From positions 3,736-56,762 of the forward strand of contig JAVHPG010000019.1 of NCBI GenBank assembly GCA_036170455.1: 53,027 nt of DNA, in the 5' to 3' direction. Below are positions 1 to 8,011 of this stretch, one piece after another. This DNA is from Elusimicrobiales bacterium. Lineage in GTDB: Bacteria > Elusimicrobiota > Elusimicrobia > Elusimicrobiales > UBA9959. The notes under the pieces were generated by a model that was not told where the DNA came from, did no database searches, and was given only the letters and a program-made list of their open reading frames with translations. Made by a program: the position numbers and the translations under genes. Numbering within the stretch: position 1 is the first letter of the stretch; each line of letters starts with the position of its first letter.

Positions 1-594
1 TACCTCGACGACGTGCAGTTCGAGAAGCGGGAGTTCCAGAACCGGAACCGCATCCGCACCGCGCGCGGCTGGCAGTACCTGACGGCGCCGGTGATCTCGA
101 AGGGCAGGTTTTCGCAGAAGATAAACGAAGTGGAGATGGATAATACCGGCGCGTGGAGGGAAGAGCATCTGCGCGCCATAAAGATAAATTACGCGCGCGC
201 CCCTTTCTTTAAGGAGCATCTGCCGGGGCTGGAGGAGCTTTACTCCCGCGATTACCGCGTGCTGGCGGACCTGGCGCTCGCCACCATGGAGTTCCTGAAG
301 GACGCTTTCGCCATTAAGACCCCGGTGAAGTACTCGTCGGAGTTCAATATAGCGGAAACGTCCAGCGCGCGCCTGGCCCGCCTTTGCGCCGCCGCCGGCG
401 CGGACGAGTATCTCTCCGGCGCGGGGGCCAGGGCTTACCTGGACCCGGGCGTTTTCAGCTTCGCGGGCGTAAAGCTTTCCTGGCAGGAGTTCAAGCCGCG
501 CGAGTATAAACAGGCTTTCCCCGGCTTCGAGCCGGATATGTCGGCGCTGGACCTGCTTCTGAACTGCGGTCCGGCCTCACTGGATTACTTATGA
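1..594 (+). CDS. wbqC: WbqC-like family protein (5' end truncated by window)
   Basis: Frame is open from base 1 (YLDDVQFEKREFQNRNRI). The motifs LTAPV, NYARAPFF, YLSGAGARAY and MSALDLLLNCG are typical of the WbqC family. Confidence 0.9.
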   Translation, partial: YLDDVQFEKREFQNRNRIRTARGWQYLTAPVISKGRFSQKINEVEMDNTGAWREEHLRAIKINYARAPFFKEHLPGLEELYSRDYRVLADLALATMEFLKDAFAIKTPVKYSSEFNIAETSSARLARLCAAAGADEYLSGAGARAYLDPGVFSFAGVKLSWQEFKPREYKQAFPGFEPDMSALDLLLNCGPASLDYL

Positions 595-1328
595 ACCCTT
601 ATATAGCTGCAGCCATCGCCGCGATGGACAAGGTTCCTCTCTCGAGGTACGAGCATCCCGGCTCCTGGGCCATGGACCCCGCTTCCTGCCGCTTCCTCGC
701 CGGTTTCGTCCGCGCGCTCGGAGCGAAAAAAATAATAGAGTTCGGCTCGGGCTTCTCCACCCTTATGATGGCGAGGGAGATCGCCCCTATCGAAGGGAAC
801 TACCTGCTTTCCATAGACTCTTCCCCGCAGTATTCAGCGATGGCCAAAGAGGCTTATGAGTCTTCCGGCTGCCAGGCTAAAGTGGATTTTCGCGTGGCGC
901 CCCTGCGGCCTAAATTATACGGCACACGCCTCCTGCTTTCCTACAGCCTGCCCAAAGGCCTGCTCGAGGCCCTCGGCCCTTTCGACCTGGCGCTCATAGA
1001 CGCCCCTCACCATGATTACGGCCGCGAATCGGTTTTTTACGATGTCTTCAATGCCCTGGCGCCGGGAGGCTATGTCGTCCTTGACGACGCCAACCGCGAG
1101 GATATGGAGAGAGTTTATGTCCGCACCTGGCAGTCCGCTTACGAGGGCTCCATCGACCCGATACTGCTTGAGGGCATAGGCAACGGTATCGGCGTTATCG
1201 AAAAGATAGACGACGATACACCTTTATATCCGAAGGCCGGCGCCTTGTCGGCTTCGATCAAGACCCTGCGCAATTACGGCCGCCTGCTTTTTGGTTCGGA
1301 GGCGCAGGTTAAAGACAGTGATGAATAG
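591..1328 (+). CDS. Class I SAM-dependent methyltransferase (Methyltransf_24-like)
   Basis: IIEFGSGFST motif I, FDLALIDAP and LAPGGYVVLDDA; ATGA overlap with wbqC. Confidence 0.85.
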   Translation: MNPYIAAAIAAMDKVPLSRYEHPGSWAMDPASCRFLAGFVRALGAKKIIEFGSGFSTLMMAREIAPIEGNYLLSIDSSPQYSAMAKEAYESSGCQAKVDFRVAPLRPKLYGTRLLLSYSLPKGLLEALGPFDLALIDAPHHDYGRESVFYDVFNALAPGGYVVLDDANREDMERVYVRTWQSAYEGSIDPILLEGIGNGIGVIEKIDDDTPLYPKAGALSASIKTLRNYGRLLFGSEAQVKDSDE

Positions 1329-1414
1329 TAAGTTTTAGTCTCTCCTTTCTCATCCTCCGCCTTTTCCTCCTGGGCCTTTTGTCCTGCCGGCTGGGCCTTT
1401 TTATTTAATTTACA

Positions 1415-1457
1415 GGTACTTATGGCCCTATTGCGCGGGCGTATTTAAGGCTAAACT
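1415..1457 (+). promoter_or_regulatory. Palindromic site GGTAC-TTAT-GGCCC plus -10 box TAAACT
   Basis: Site at 1415-1428 and -10 at 1452-1457 (23 nt gap). A second copy, GGGCC-TTTT-GTCCT, lies at 1372-1385. Confidence 0.55.
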
Positions 1458-1489
1458 ATTATTACAAGACAGCCTTAAAGGAAAAAATC

Positions 1490-1603
1490 ATGCTGCAGAG
1501 AACCTACACCTACGAACTTAAAATTTTCAACGCTATCTTCTTCTCCTGTTTCGCCATGTTCCTGGTCTGCTTCACCGACCTGACCTACGGCTGGCTGAAA
1601 TAG
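1490..1603 (+). CDS. Small 37-aa putative single-pass membrane protein (not in ORF track)
   Basis: MLQRTYTYELKIFNAIFFSCFAMFLVCFTDLTYGWLK*. It has an AAGGA SD upstream, C-ending codon bias like its neighbours, a promoter upstream and a hairpin downstream. Confidence 0.7.
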   Translation: MLQRTYTYELKIFNAIFFSCFAMFLVCFTDLTYGWLK

Positions 1604-1608
1604 AAAAT

Positions 1609-1659
1609 AAAAAGGGGACAGGCTACTTTTTCCAGGAAAAAGTAGCCTGTCCCCTTTTT
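1609..1659. repeat. Perfect 25-bp inverted repeat (REP-like element or terminator)
   Basis: AAAAAGGGGACAGGCTACTTTTTCC-A-GGAAAAAGTAGCCTGTCCCCTTTTT. Confidence 0.85.
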
Positions 1660-1749
1660 GCATTCTGGCGGCGCTTTAATTTGATAAAATATATGTGTAG
1701 GGGTAAATTTTACCGACATATTGAAAAATACACGGAGATAATAAATAAA

Positions 1750-2439
1750 ATGAACAAGAAACTTATATTGGCGTTAGCTTGCCTCGGCTTTGCCGCCGGA
1801 GCCAATGCCGCGGTGAAGTTCGACCAGGGCGTGGATGTTAAGAGCGCCGTTAAAGAAGCGGTCTCTTCCGATGTGAAGCTTCCCGAAGCCAAATTCGGGC
1901 AGCTTATCGACCTTACCCGCGACTGCAAGAAGATCACCTTCACGGCCGCCGACGCGCTCACCTCTCCCGAGGTCGCGCTGACCAGCAGGGAAACCACCCA
2001 GGACTGCCAGAACATGGGCTACCCGGTCGGCCAGATCTGCTTCCCCAGCACCCGCGTCTACAATGAGAACGTGAAAGTCGTCATCACGGCGCCCAGGGAA
2101 CTCAAGCCGGACCAGAAAGAAGTTTTCGAAGTCTGCCTGTGGGGCGCTTTCTTGAGCCTGAAGCAGGTTTCCCCGGCCTATAAATACGCGGTCCGCCAGG
2201 TCCTTAGCAATTTCGAGCTGACGCCCCCCTCGGCCGTAAAGAGTGCACCTACGGGTGATTTCTGCAGCCTTGTGATGGACGGCAATACCTGCGTTTATAA
2301 GTGCAAGGACGGCAGCTATGTTTCTAAGCCGAACCCTTTCCCTTACATCCCGGCCCCCAATCCGTGGGTCGGCCCCATCTCTACCCCGTGCATGGGCTCC
2401 ATCCCCAACCCGGGCCCGCTCATAACGATACTTAAGTAA
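1750..2439 (+). CDS. Secreted Cys-containing hypothetical protein
   Basis: Signal peptide MNKKLILALACLGFAAGANA; GGAG upstream of ATG 1750; 8 Cys in the mature part. Confidence 0.8.
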   Translation: MNKKLILALACLGFAAGANAAVKFDQGVDVKSAVKEAVSSDVKLPEAKFGQLIDLTRDCKKITFTAADALTSPEVALTSRETTQDCQNMGYPVGQICFPSTRVYNENVKVVITAPRELKPDQKEVFEVCLWGAFLSLKQVSPAYKYAVRQVLSNFELTPPSAVKSAPTGDFCSLVMDGNTCVYKCKDGSYVSKPNPFPYIPAPNPWVGPISTPCMGSIPNPGPLITILK

Positions 2440-2455
2440 AGCGCGCCGTTAAAAT

Positions 2456-2491
2456 AAAACAGCCGGCTGTAAAAAGCCGGCTGTTTTTTTT
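2456..2491. terminator. Bidirectional intrinsic terminator
   Basis: AAAACAGCCGGCT-loop-AGCCGGCTGTTTT plus a T-run, between convergent genes. Confidence 0.8.
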
Positions 2492-2506
2492 GTTGGCGGG
2501 TCGGGC

Positions 2507-3766
2507 TCAGTTCATCGTCAGCGCTACCCGGGTGTCGTTCGCGGGGATGTCGTCGGCGTTGACTTCCCCGGGGACGGTGTTCCCGTCGGTGTCGGTGGCG
2601 CGTACTTCCAGGATATAGTTCCCGGGAGCCAGGTCGGAAAGGTCCAGCGTCGTCTTAACTTCGCCTTTAAGCATCAGTTCCGGGGAGGCGGGGTCGCTGA
2701 GGTCGACTTTGCCTGCCTGGGGGTTGCCGCGCTCCTCTCCGTCGCGGTATAGGGTCAGCGAATAGACAGCATAGCGGGAACGGTTATCCAGGACGGTGAA
2801 CTTCACCGCCGCGCTCTTCCCCGAGGCGGTCACGGTAAGACCGGACACCAGCGGCGGCAGCCTTCTGGAAGCGGATTTAAGAACGCCCGCCGTAGCGGCG
2901 CCGGCCATGGCCAGCTGTCTCGCGCGTATTTCCGGGCTGTCGGTGACCTGCGTATTGCTGTTTCCGCCGTCGGCGTTAGCGGAGTCGGTGTGGGTATACG
3001 CGTCCCCGTCCTTGCCGTAGCTGCCCCAGGGGCCGAAAGTGGCGTCCTCCCCGAGCCGGGGGGCGTTAGCGGCGGGAACCCAGTAGGGCTTGCCTGTCCT
3101 GGGGTTCACCCAGGAGGCGAGGTGCCTGCGCGTATCGTCCTGGAGGTCCTGGTAATATTCGTAAGGGGCCATTTCTCCGTCGTCGCGGGAAGCCGTTATC
3201 TTTACCTTATTGCCGTCGGCGGCGTAACCTTCGAAACCGTCGTTGGTGGAGTGGCGGATATTTGCGGCGTGGGTCGGGACGGCCTGGTCCTGGGTGAGAT
3301 GGCAGATGGTCCCAAGCTTGGCGTAGGCTTCGGGGAACTTGAAATGCTCGTAGTTCCAGAGCACCCCGCCGAGGGTGTACGGGGCCTTGCCGGCCCAAAG
3401 CTCTTCGGGTTTGCCGCCGTTATTTATTTTGGCGTCCGGCAGATGGGCGCTTTCGTCATTGGAGCCGGTTAAAAGCATATCCCGGGCCCGCGCTATGTCG
3501 GGGAGCGCCGCACCGTTTATATAAGCCAGGGAGGCTTTCATGACGGCTTTATGCGCCGAGCCGAAAAAAGAGACGCTCCACCACCTGTCGTTCCCGGCGG
3601 CCTGGGCGGGCCCCGGCTCGGGGGCGGCGACAGCCGCGTTTGCGGCATTACCCGCCCGGAGCCGGCTCTCGACGTTCTTTATGTCGCTGCCGAAATCGCC
3701 GGCGGAAAGATTGCCCGCTGCGAGAGACGCCGCAAGCGCTATAAAAACTTTAGCTGTTTTGTTCAT
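2507..3766 (-). CDS. Secreted Zn-dependent phospholipase C / P1 nuclease-like protein with C-terminal Ig-like domain
   Basis: Signal peptide. W...H (WWSVSFFGSAH), LGTICHLTQDQAVPTH and DGFE resemble the PLC/P1 metal ligands. The C-terminus is beta-rich (LAPGNYILEVRATD). Confidence 0.6.
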   Translation of the reverse strand: MNKTAKVFIALAASLAAGNLSAGDFGSDIKNVESRLRAGNAANAAVAAPEPGPAQAAGNDRWWSVSFFGSAHKAVMKASLAYINGAALPDIARARDMLLTGSNDESAHLPDAKINNGGKPEELWAGKAPYTLGGVLWNYEHFKFPEAYAKLGTICHLTQDQAVPTHAANIRHSTNDGFEGYAADGNKVKITASRDDGEMAPYEYYQDLQDDTRRHLASWVNPRTGKPYWVPAANAPRLGEDATFGPWGSYGKDGDAYTHTDSANADGGNSNTQVTDSPEIRARQLAMAGAATAGVLKSASRRLPPLVSGLTVTASGKSAAVKFTVLDNRSRYAVYSLTLYRDGEERGNPQAGKVDLSDPASPELMLKGEVKTTLDLSDLAPGNYILEVRATDTDGNTVPGEVNADDIPANDTRVALTMN

Positions 3767-3796
3767 CGAGCCTCCTGACTTAGTCGTACAGTCCTT

Positions 3797-3840
3797 ATTG
3801 TAGCTATGTTCGCCGGGCGGCCGGTACAGGCTACAGACCC
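3797..3840 (-). promoter_or_regulatory. Partial palindromic site (GGGTC-TGTA-GCCTG on minus strand) plus -10 TACAAT
   Basis: Site at 3827-3840 and -10 at 3802-3797 (24 nt gap). Confidence 0.45.
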
Positions 3841-3937
3841 CTTTATTTTTGCTTAATGGCCTATCGAAAAATGGGCACTCTGGTCCTCTTTGCCCTTTAG
3901 GCCTATTTTAAGATAGGCCCTTTGAGTCGATAAAAAA

Positions 3938-3981
3938 AGGACCTTGGCCCCTCGTGGGGCTTCAGGTCAAATTCATACACT
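3938..3981 (+). promoter_or_regulatory. Palindromic site AGGAC-CTTG-GCCCC plus -10 TACACT
   Basis: Site at 3938-3951 and -10 at 3976-3981 (24 nt gap). Further GGNCC-type half-sites lie at 3873-3921. Confidence 0.55.
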
Positions 3982-4015
3982 GGTTATGGAGTTAAGCAAC
4001 CGGAGGAAAATATAA

Positions 4016-4684
4016 ATGAAAAGATCAACACTTATAGCGATGTCGTCAATACTACTTCTTTCCGCCAGCAGCATCTTCGCCGCGGCCCCCAGGGCCGTGG
4101 ACCAGCTGGCTCTTCAGGCCCCCAAACAGGAGGCCGCGATAGCGCCCGAACCCAAAGAGGGTGAAGTGGCGGTAGTGATCACCGAGAAAGGCCAGCCCGT
4201 CAGGACCATCTACTTCGAAGCCGACAAAGGAAACCCCTGGGTCGACGCGATCTTCGGCGGCGGCAACAATAACGGGAATAATGGTTGGAACAACAATGGC
4301 AACAACGGCGGTTACGGCGGCTACGGCCGCGTTAACTGCGTCGCTTCCGATACCGGTTGGGAAGAGCATTGGGGCGGCCACGGCGGCGGGCCCAGCGAGA
4401 TCCGCGCCTGCCAGGAATGTATAGCGATACACGGCAACTGCCGCTACAACTGCTCCATGGACCAGTTCCGCTGCACCGCTCAGTTCACCCCGGCGGCCCA
4501 GCCCGGCCAGCCCCAGGCGCCTACTTCCACTTATCCCGGCGACCTGCGCCAGGACGAGGGTTCCGCCCGCGACAGCGCTACGCTGCGCTGCATGCAGTCC
4601 ACCCAGGGCCAGTTGGGCTACTGCTCCATCCAGGCCTGCAACAGGGAAAGCCAGGTCGTGAACAGCGGCCGCTGCAGGAAATAG
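4016..4684 (+). CDS. Secreted Cys-rich protein with Gly/Asn low-complexity linker
   Basis: GGAGG SD, signal peptide, a GGGNNNGNNGWNNNG tract, 10 Cys and a WEEHWGGH motif. Confidence 0.8.
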   Translation: MKRSTLIAMSSILLLSASSIFAAAPRAVDQLALQAPKQEAAIAPEPKEGEVAVVITEKGQPVRTIYFEADKGNPWVDAIFGGGNNNGNNGWNNNGNNGGYGGYGRVNCVASDTGWEEHWGGHGGGPSEIRACQECIAIHGNCRYNCSMDQFRCTAQFTPAAQPGQPQAPTSTYPGDLRQDEGSARDSATLRCMQSTQGQLGYCSIQACNRESQVVNSGRCRK

Positions 4685-4706
4685 TTCTCCACTTGATGGT
4701 TGCGCG

Positions 4707-4744
4707 GCGAAGGGCGGGAAAATATTTCCCGCCCTTCGCTTTTT
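4707..4744 (+). terminator. Intrinsic terminator
   Basis: GCGAAGGGCGGGAAA-ATA-TTTCCCGCCCTTCGC followed by a T-run. Confidence 0.8.
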
Positions 4745-4750
4745 CCAGGA

Positions 4751-4790
4751 AATAAAAAAGCCGTCCGCTTATCCGGACGGATTTTTTATT
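4751..4790 (-). terminator. Intrinsic terminator (likely for the minus-strand gene)
   Basis: A-run, CCGTCCG-loop-CGGACGG, T-run. Confidence 0.7.
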
Positions 4791-4799
4791 TACGGCCGC

Positions 4800-5732
4800 T
4801 TATTCTAGCTTTAATATTTCAAGCGTATTCCCCGCTATCCTGAAGCCGAAATCGGGTTCTATTTCAGGATAGGCCACCCCGGCCGCGGTTATGTCCGCAT
4901 GGTTAAGGAAATGGAACCCGGGCACGCCGACGGGCGAGAGTATTATTACCAGCTTGTCGGAGAACCTGGCCCCGCTTTTCCCCTGGAGAAGCTCGTTGCC
5001 GTAGGCCATCTTATAGGTTTTGCCCAGCTTCAGGTCGGCGCCCTTGGCCCCTATCGCGTCGCCCAGCTTCTTAAGCGTGACGACGAAAACTTTCGCGCCG
5101 CCGCAGGTGATCTCCACCTTGCTGGAAGGGATATCCGAAAGAACGGCGTGGAGCTTGACGGTAAGTTCGTCGCCGCCTATATTAAGCGCCCTGGAACCGC
5201 TCATGAACATTGCGTTGACGATATCGTTCGCCCTGATAAAATGAGTTTCTTTCCCGCTCACGTAAAGTAGCAGGAAGAACCTTTCTTTGTCGGCGCAGGA
5301 CTGGCCGCCGTCGGGGCAGTTCGCGGCGGTGTAGGCGCTGAATTTCACCTCGGTTCCGTGCGGGGTGCGGAAAGACAGTCCGGAGTCTTTATGGGCGTTG
5401 AGCAGGGCGTTCAGTTTGAAAGAATAAGCGACGGGCCCCAGGCGCCCGGGCGGAATTGCCGTGGCTGATTTGTCCCCGTCCCCGCGCAGCGGCTTGTACT
5501 TCGGGGCGTCGATAATGGAGCCGAGATATTTGAAGAACTTGTCCATTTTGGCGGCCTGCGCGCCGTTAGCATCGGCGGCCGGGGAAGGGGCGGGAACAGC
5601 GGCGCTCCCGGCCTTGAGTGGATCAAGAGAAGATGATTTCGCCGCTTCGCTTTCAAGCCCGGCGGCGGTCAATACTCCGCAGGAAAACGCAGAAAAAACG
5701 GCCAAAGCCAGTATCCTGTAGGTGAATTTCAT
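4800..5732 (-). CDS. Secreted hypothetical protein
   Basis: GGAG SD, signal peptide MKFTYRILALAVFSAFSCGVLTA and an Ala/Pro linker. No family recognised. Confidence 0.8.
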   Translation of the reverse strand: MKFTYRILALAVFSAFSCGVLTAAGLESEAAKSSSLDPLKAGSAAVPAPSPAADANGAQAAKMDKFFKYLGSIIDAPKYKPLRGDGDKSATAIPPGRLGPVAYSFKLNALLNAHKDSGLSFRTPHGTEVKFSAYTAANCPDGGQSCADKERFFLLLYVSGKETHFIRANDIVNAMFMSGSRALNIGGDELTVKLHAVLSDIPSSKVEITCGGAKVFVVTLKKLGDAIGAKGADLKLGKTYKMAYGNELLQGKSGARFSDKLVIILSPVGVPGFHFLNHADITAAGVAYPEIEPDFGFRIAGNTLEILKLE

Positions 5733-5877
5733 AATGACTCCGTTGCAAATCTACGCTCAAAGTTGTCCCGCGCCGCGGGGCGCACGCGCCTGTATATTGT
5801 ATAGCAGACAAAATCCGGAAGCGCAACCCTCGGGCACGCCCTGCCCGGGGTCTGCCGGTAACGGGAAAAATTGCGGA

Positions 5878-6993
5878 CTAGGGAGTTCTAACCAGCGTAA
5901 TTACAGGTACTTCCGCGGGCGCCAGCCAGCGCAGGGGAGGGCCCCAGGTTCCGGCGCCGGAAGTTACATAGAAAACGCTGTCGTTTATCCGGTACAGGCC
6001 GTAAAAATAGTTGTAGAACAATTTAGTGAAGATATGGAAAGGGAAGATCTGGCCTTTATGCGTATGCCCGGAAAGGACCAGGTATTTCCCGGCGGCGGCT
6101 ATAGCCGGGTAGAAGACGGGCTGGTGGGACATCACTATGGTGAATTCGCCGTTGCTGTTCCTTATCAGCTGTTCCTTTACGTCGGTCTCGGTAAGGTGCT
6201 CGGTATGGATGTCCCCCAGGCCTATCAGGCGGAGCTTACCCATTACCTGGGCCTCGTTCCTGAGCAGCTTTATCCCGAAGGCTTTGTAGCAGTCCATCGA
6301 CCGCTCCAGGCCGTAATAATATTCGTGGTTGCCCAGGGAGCCGAAAAGGCCGAGCCGGCTTTTAATTTTACCGGTGAGCCCGGCGAGGCCCGCGGCGCAG
6401 GCTATGCCGGGGTCTATCAGGTCGCCGGTCACCAGGACCAGGTCCGGCCTGGCCGCGTTGATCTCGTCCACTATCCCGGAGAACTGGCGCAGCTTCCAGT
6501 TCGAGTCGATATGCATATCGGAGATCTGGGCTATTTTAAAGCCCTCAAGCTCCGGCGGCAGGTCTTTGAACGGGATAGTCATTTCTTTTATGACCGGGAC
6601 TTTCTGGCCGCCGTAAACTCCCCAGGCGGTTATGAGCGCGAGCAGGGCGAGCGTGGTATTTGCGAGCAGCTGCGGCTGGAACCAGGGCAGGCGGCGCAGG
6701 GCGAGGGCCGCCAGGTCGGAGCAGGCGAAGATGAAGGCGGCCAGCATTATCAGGCCCATCCAGGCATAGCCTGCCGCGTAGAGGCCCTCGAGCAGCGGGC
6801 CGTGGTGATAGCGCTTGAGGAACATGGTGAAAGGGGAAAGGAAAGCTATGGCCAGGAGCGACAGGCGCAGCCAGTGCGCGGCGGGCTGGCCCAGGGATAA
6901 ACTTCTTGCCAGCCACCGGGCCGAGTAAAAATGCAGGCCGATATAGGAAAAGATGAGGACCAGTAAAACAGGGAAGAAGTGATAGGTTTTCAT
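5878..6993 (-). CDS. Membrane-anchored metallophosphoesterase (YkuE/YaeI-like)
   Basis: N-terminal TM helices. The motifs ISDMH, TGDLID, LGNHEYY, SHQP and LSGHTHKGQ are calcineurin-like. Start is 6993 or 7008. Confidence 0.9.
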   Translation of the reverse strand: MKTYHFFPVLLVLIFSYIGLHFYSARWLARSLSLGQPAAHWLRLSLLAIAFLSPFTMFLKRYHHGPLLEGLYAAGYAWMGLIMLAAFIFACSDLAALALRRLPWFQPQLLANTTLALLALITAWGVYGGQKVPVIKEMTIPFKDLPPELEGFKIAQISDMHIDSNWKLRQFSGIVDEINAARPDLVLVTGDLIDPGIACAAGLAGLTGKIKSRLGLFGSLGNHEYYYGLERSMDCYKAFGIKLLRNEAQVMGKLRLIGLGDIHTEHLTETDVKEQLIRNSNGEFTIVMSHQPVFYPAIAAAGKYLVLSGHTHKGQIFPFHIFTKLFYNYFYGLYRINDSVFYVTSGAGTWGPPLRWLAPAEVPVITLVRTP

Positions 6994-7008
6994 GTTGAGT
7001 GCCGGCAT

Positions 7009-7020
7009 AATTATATAATT
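7009..7020. promoter_or_regulatory. Palindromic AATTATATAATT giving overlapping TATAAT boxes on both strands
   Basis: + strand TATAAT at 7014-7019, 7 nt before ATG 7027; - strand TATAAT at 7015-7010. Confidence 0.6.
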
Positions 7021-7026
7021 TAGCCG

Positions 7027-7926
7027 ATGAACATTACCCCGCTGGACGCTATCTGGCTGAACGTCTGCATAAATTCTTTCATGCCGATACTCGGCTATTT
7101 CGCGGCCGGCAGGATCTCCCCGCCGCTCTTCGCGCTGGCCGGTTCGGCGCTGGGCTTCGCCTGTTTCTTGCCCTGGGCGCTTAAGAACAAGGCCTTCGCG
7201 CTGTATTTCAGGCGGGACCTGTGGCCGCGGCTTTTCGCGGTCGGGTTTTTTGGGAGCGCGCTGCCGATAGCGGCGCTGGTCACGGCGCTCAGGTATACGA
7301 CGCCGGCGAACGCGGCTATCCTCGGCCAGGTGGAAGCGGTGTACACGGTCGTCTTATCCCGGCTTTTCCTGAAGGAAAAAATTTCTTTAAGCCAGCTTTT
7401 CGGCACCGGCCTGGTGCTCGCCGGAACCCTTCTTATAGCTTTCAGGGAAAGGTTCACGCTCAGGTGGACCGGCGACCTTATCGTGCTGGCCGTCCCGCTT
7501 TTCTACCAGGTTTCGCATCTCTTCAGCAAGAAACTCCCTAAGGAGCTGTCCCACGTTTTTGTGGCTTCGGCGCGCACGCTGTTCGCCACGCTCGGGATAC
7601 TGCCGGTCTTTTTCCTGGGCTTTATAATGCCGGTGGCTTCTTTTACTCCCAGCCTTGAACTGCTCGGGATAGTCCTGGCCTGGGGGCTGGTCCTGACGGC
7701 CCTGAACAATATACTCTGGTACAAGGCCATACTTAATATGGACCTTTCGAAAGCTACCGCCATAGTGCTTTCCTACCCGGTGCTGACGGCGCTGTTCTCG
7801 CATCTTTTCGGCATAGAAAAAATACAGGCCTACCAGCTGATAGGCCTGGCTCTGGCCCTGGCCGGAGCTTACTGGGTCACGCTCCTGGTCCGGAAGCAGG
7901 CGCCGCCCGGCTCTTTGCGGGCATAG
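7027..7926 (+). CDS. DMT/EamA family transporter
   Basis: About 10 TM helices in two EamA repeats (ALRYTTPANAAIL, LFLKEKIS, LFGIEKI). Confidence 0.9.
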   Translation: MNITPLDAIWLNVCINSFMPILGYFAAGRISPPLFALAGSALGFACFLPWALKNKAFALYFRRDLWPRLFAVGFFGSALPIAALVTALRYTTPANAAILGQVEAVYTVVLSRLFLKEKISLSQLFGTGLVLAGTLLIAFRERFTLRWTGDLIVLAVPLFYQVSHLFSKKLPKELSHVFVASARTLFATLGILPVFFLGFIMPVASFTPSLELLGIVLAWGLVLTALNNILWYKAILNMDLSKATAIVLSYPVLTALFSHLFGIEKIQAYQLIGLALALAGAYWVTLLVRKQAPPGSLRA

Positions 7927-8011
7927 CGCGGCAGCGGGCGCCGCTGTATCCCCTGCCTTTGCCGCCAGTGGTGCGCCCCGGCGAGGGCGGTTTCGTGTCC
8001 GCGCTTTTGAC

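Noticed and set aside
1475-1663. 62-aa minus-strand ORF (KGDRLLFPGKSSLSPF)
   Set aside because: It is a translation of the palindrome. The plus-strand 37-aa ORF has the SD, promoter and codon bias.
1702-1714. GGTAAA-T-TTTACC palindrome upstream of the 1750 gene
   Set aside because: A single instance that does not fit the RGGNC-N4-GNCCY consensus, so it cannot be supported as an operator.
4255-4330. AAC/GGC repeats as a possible CRISPR or VNTR
   Set aside because: In-frame Gly/Asn low-complexity coding sequence with no repeat-spacer structure.
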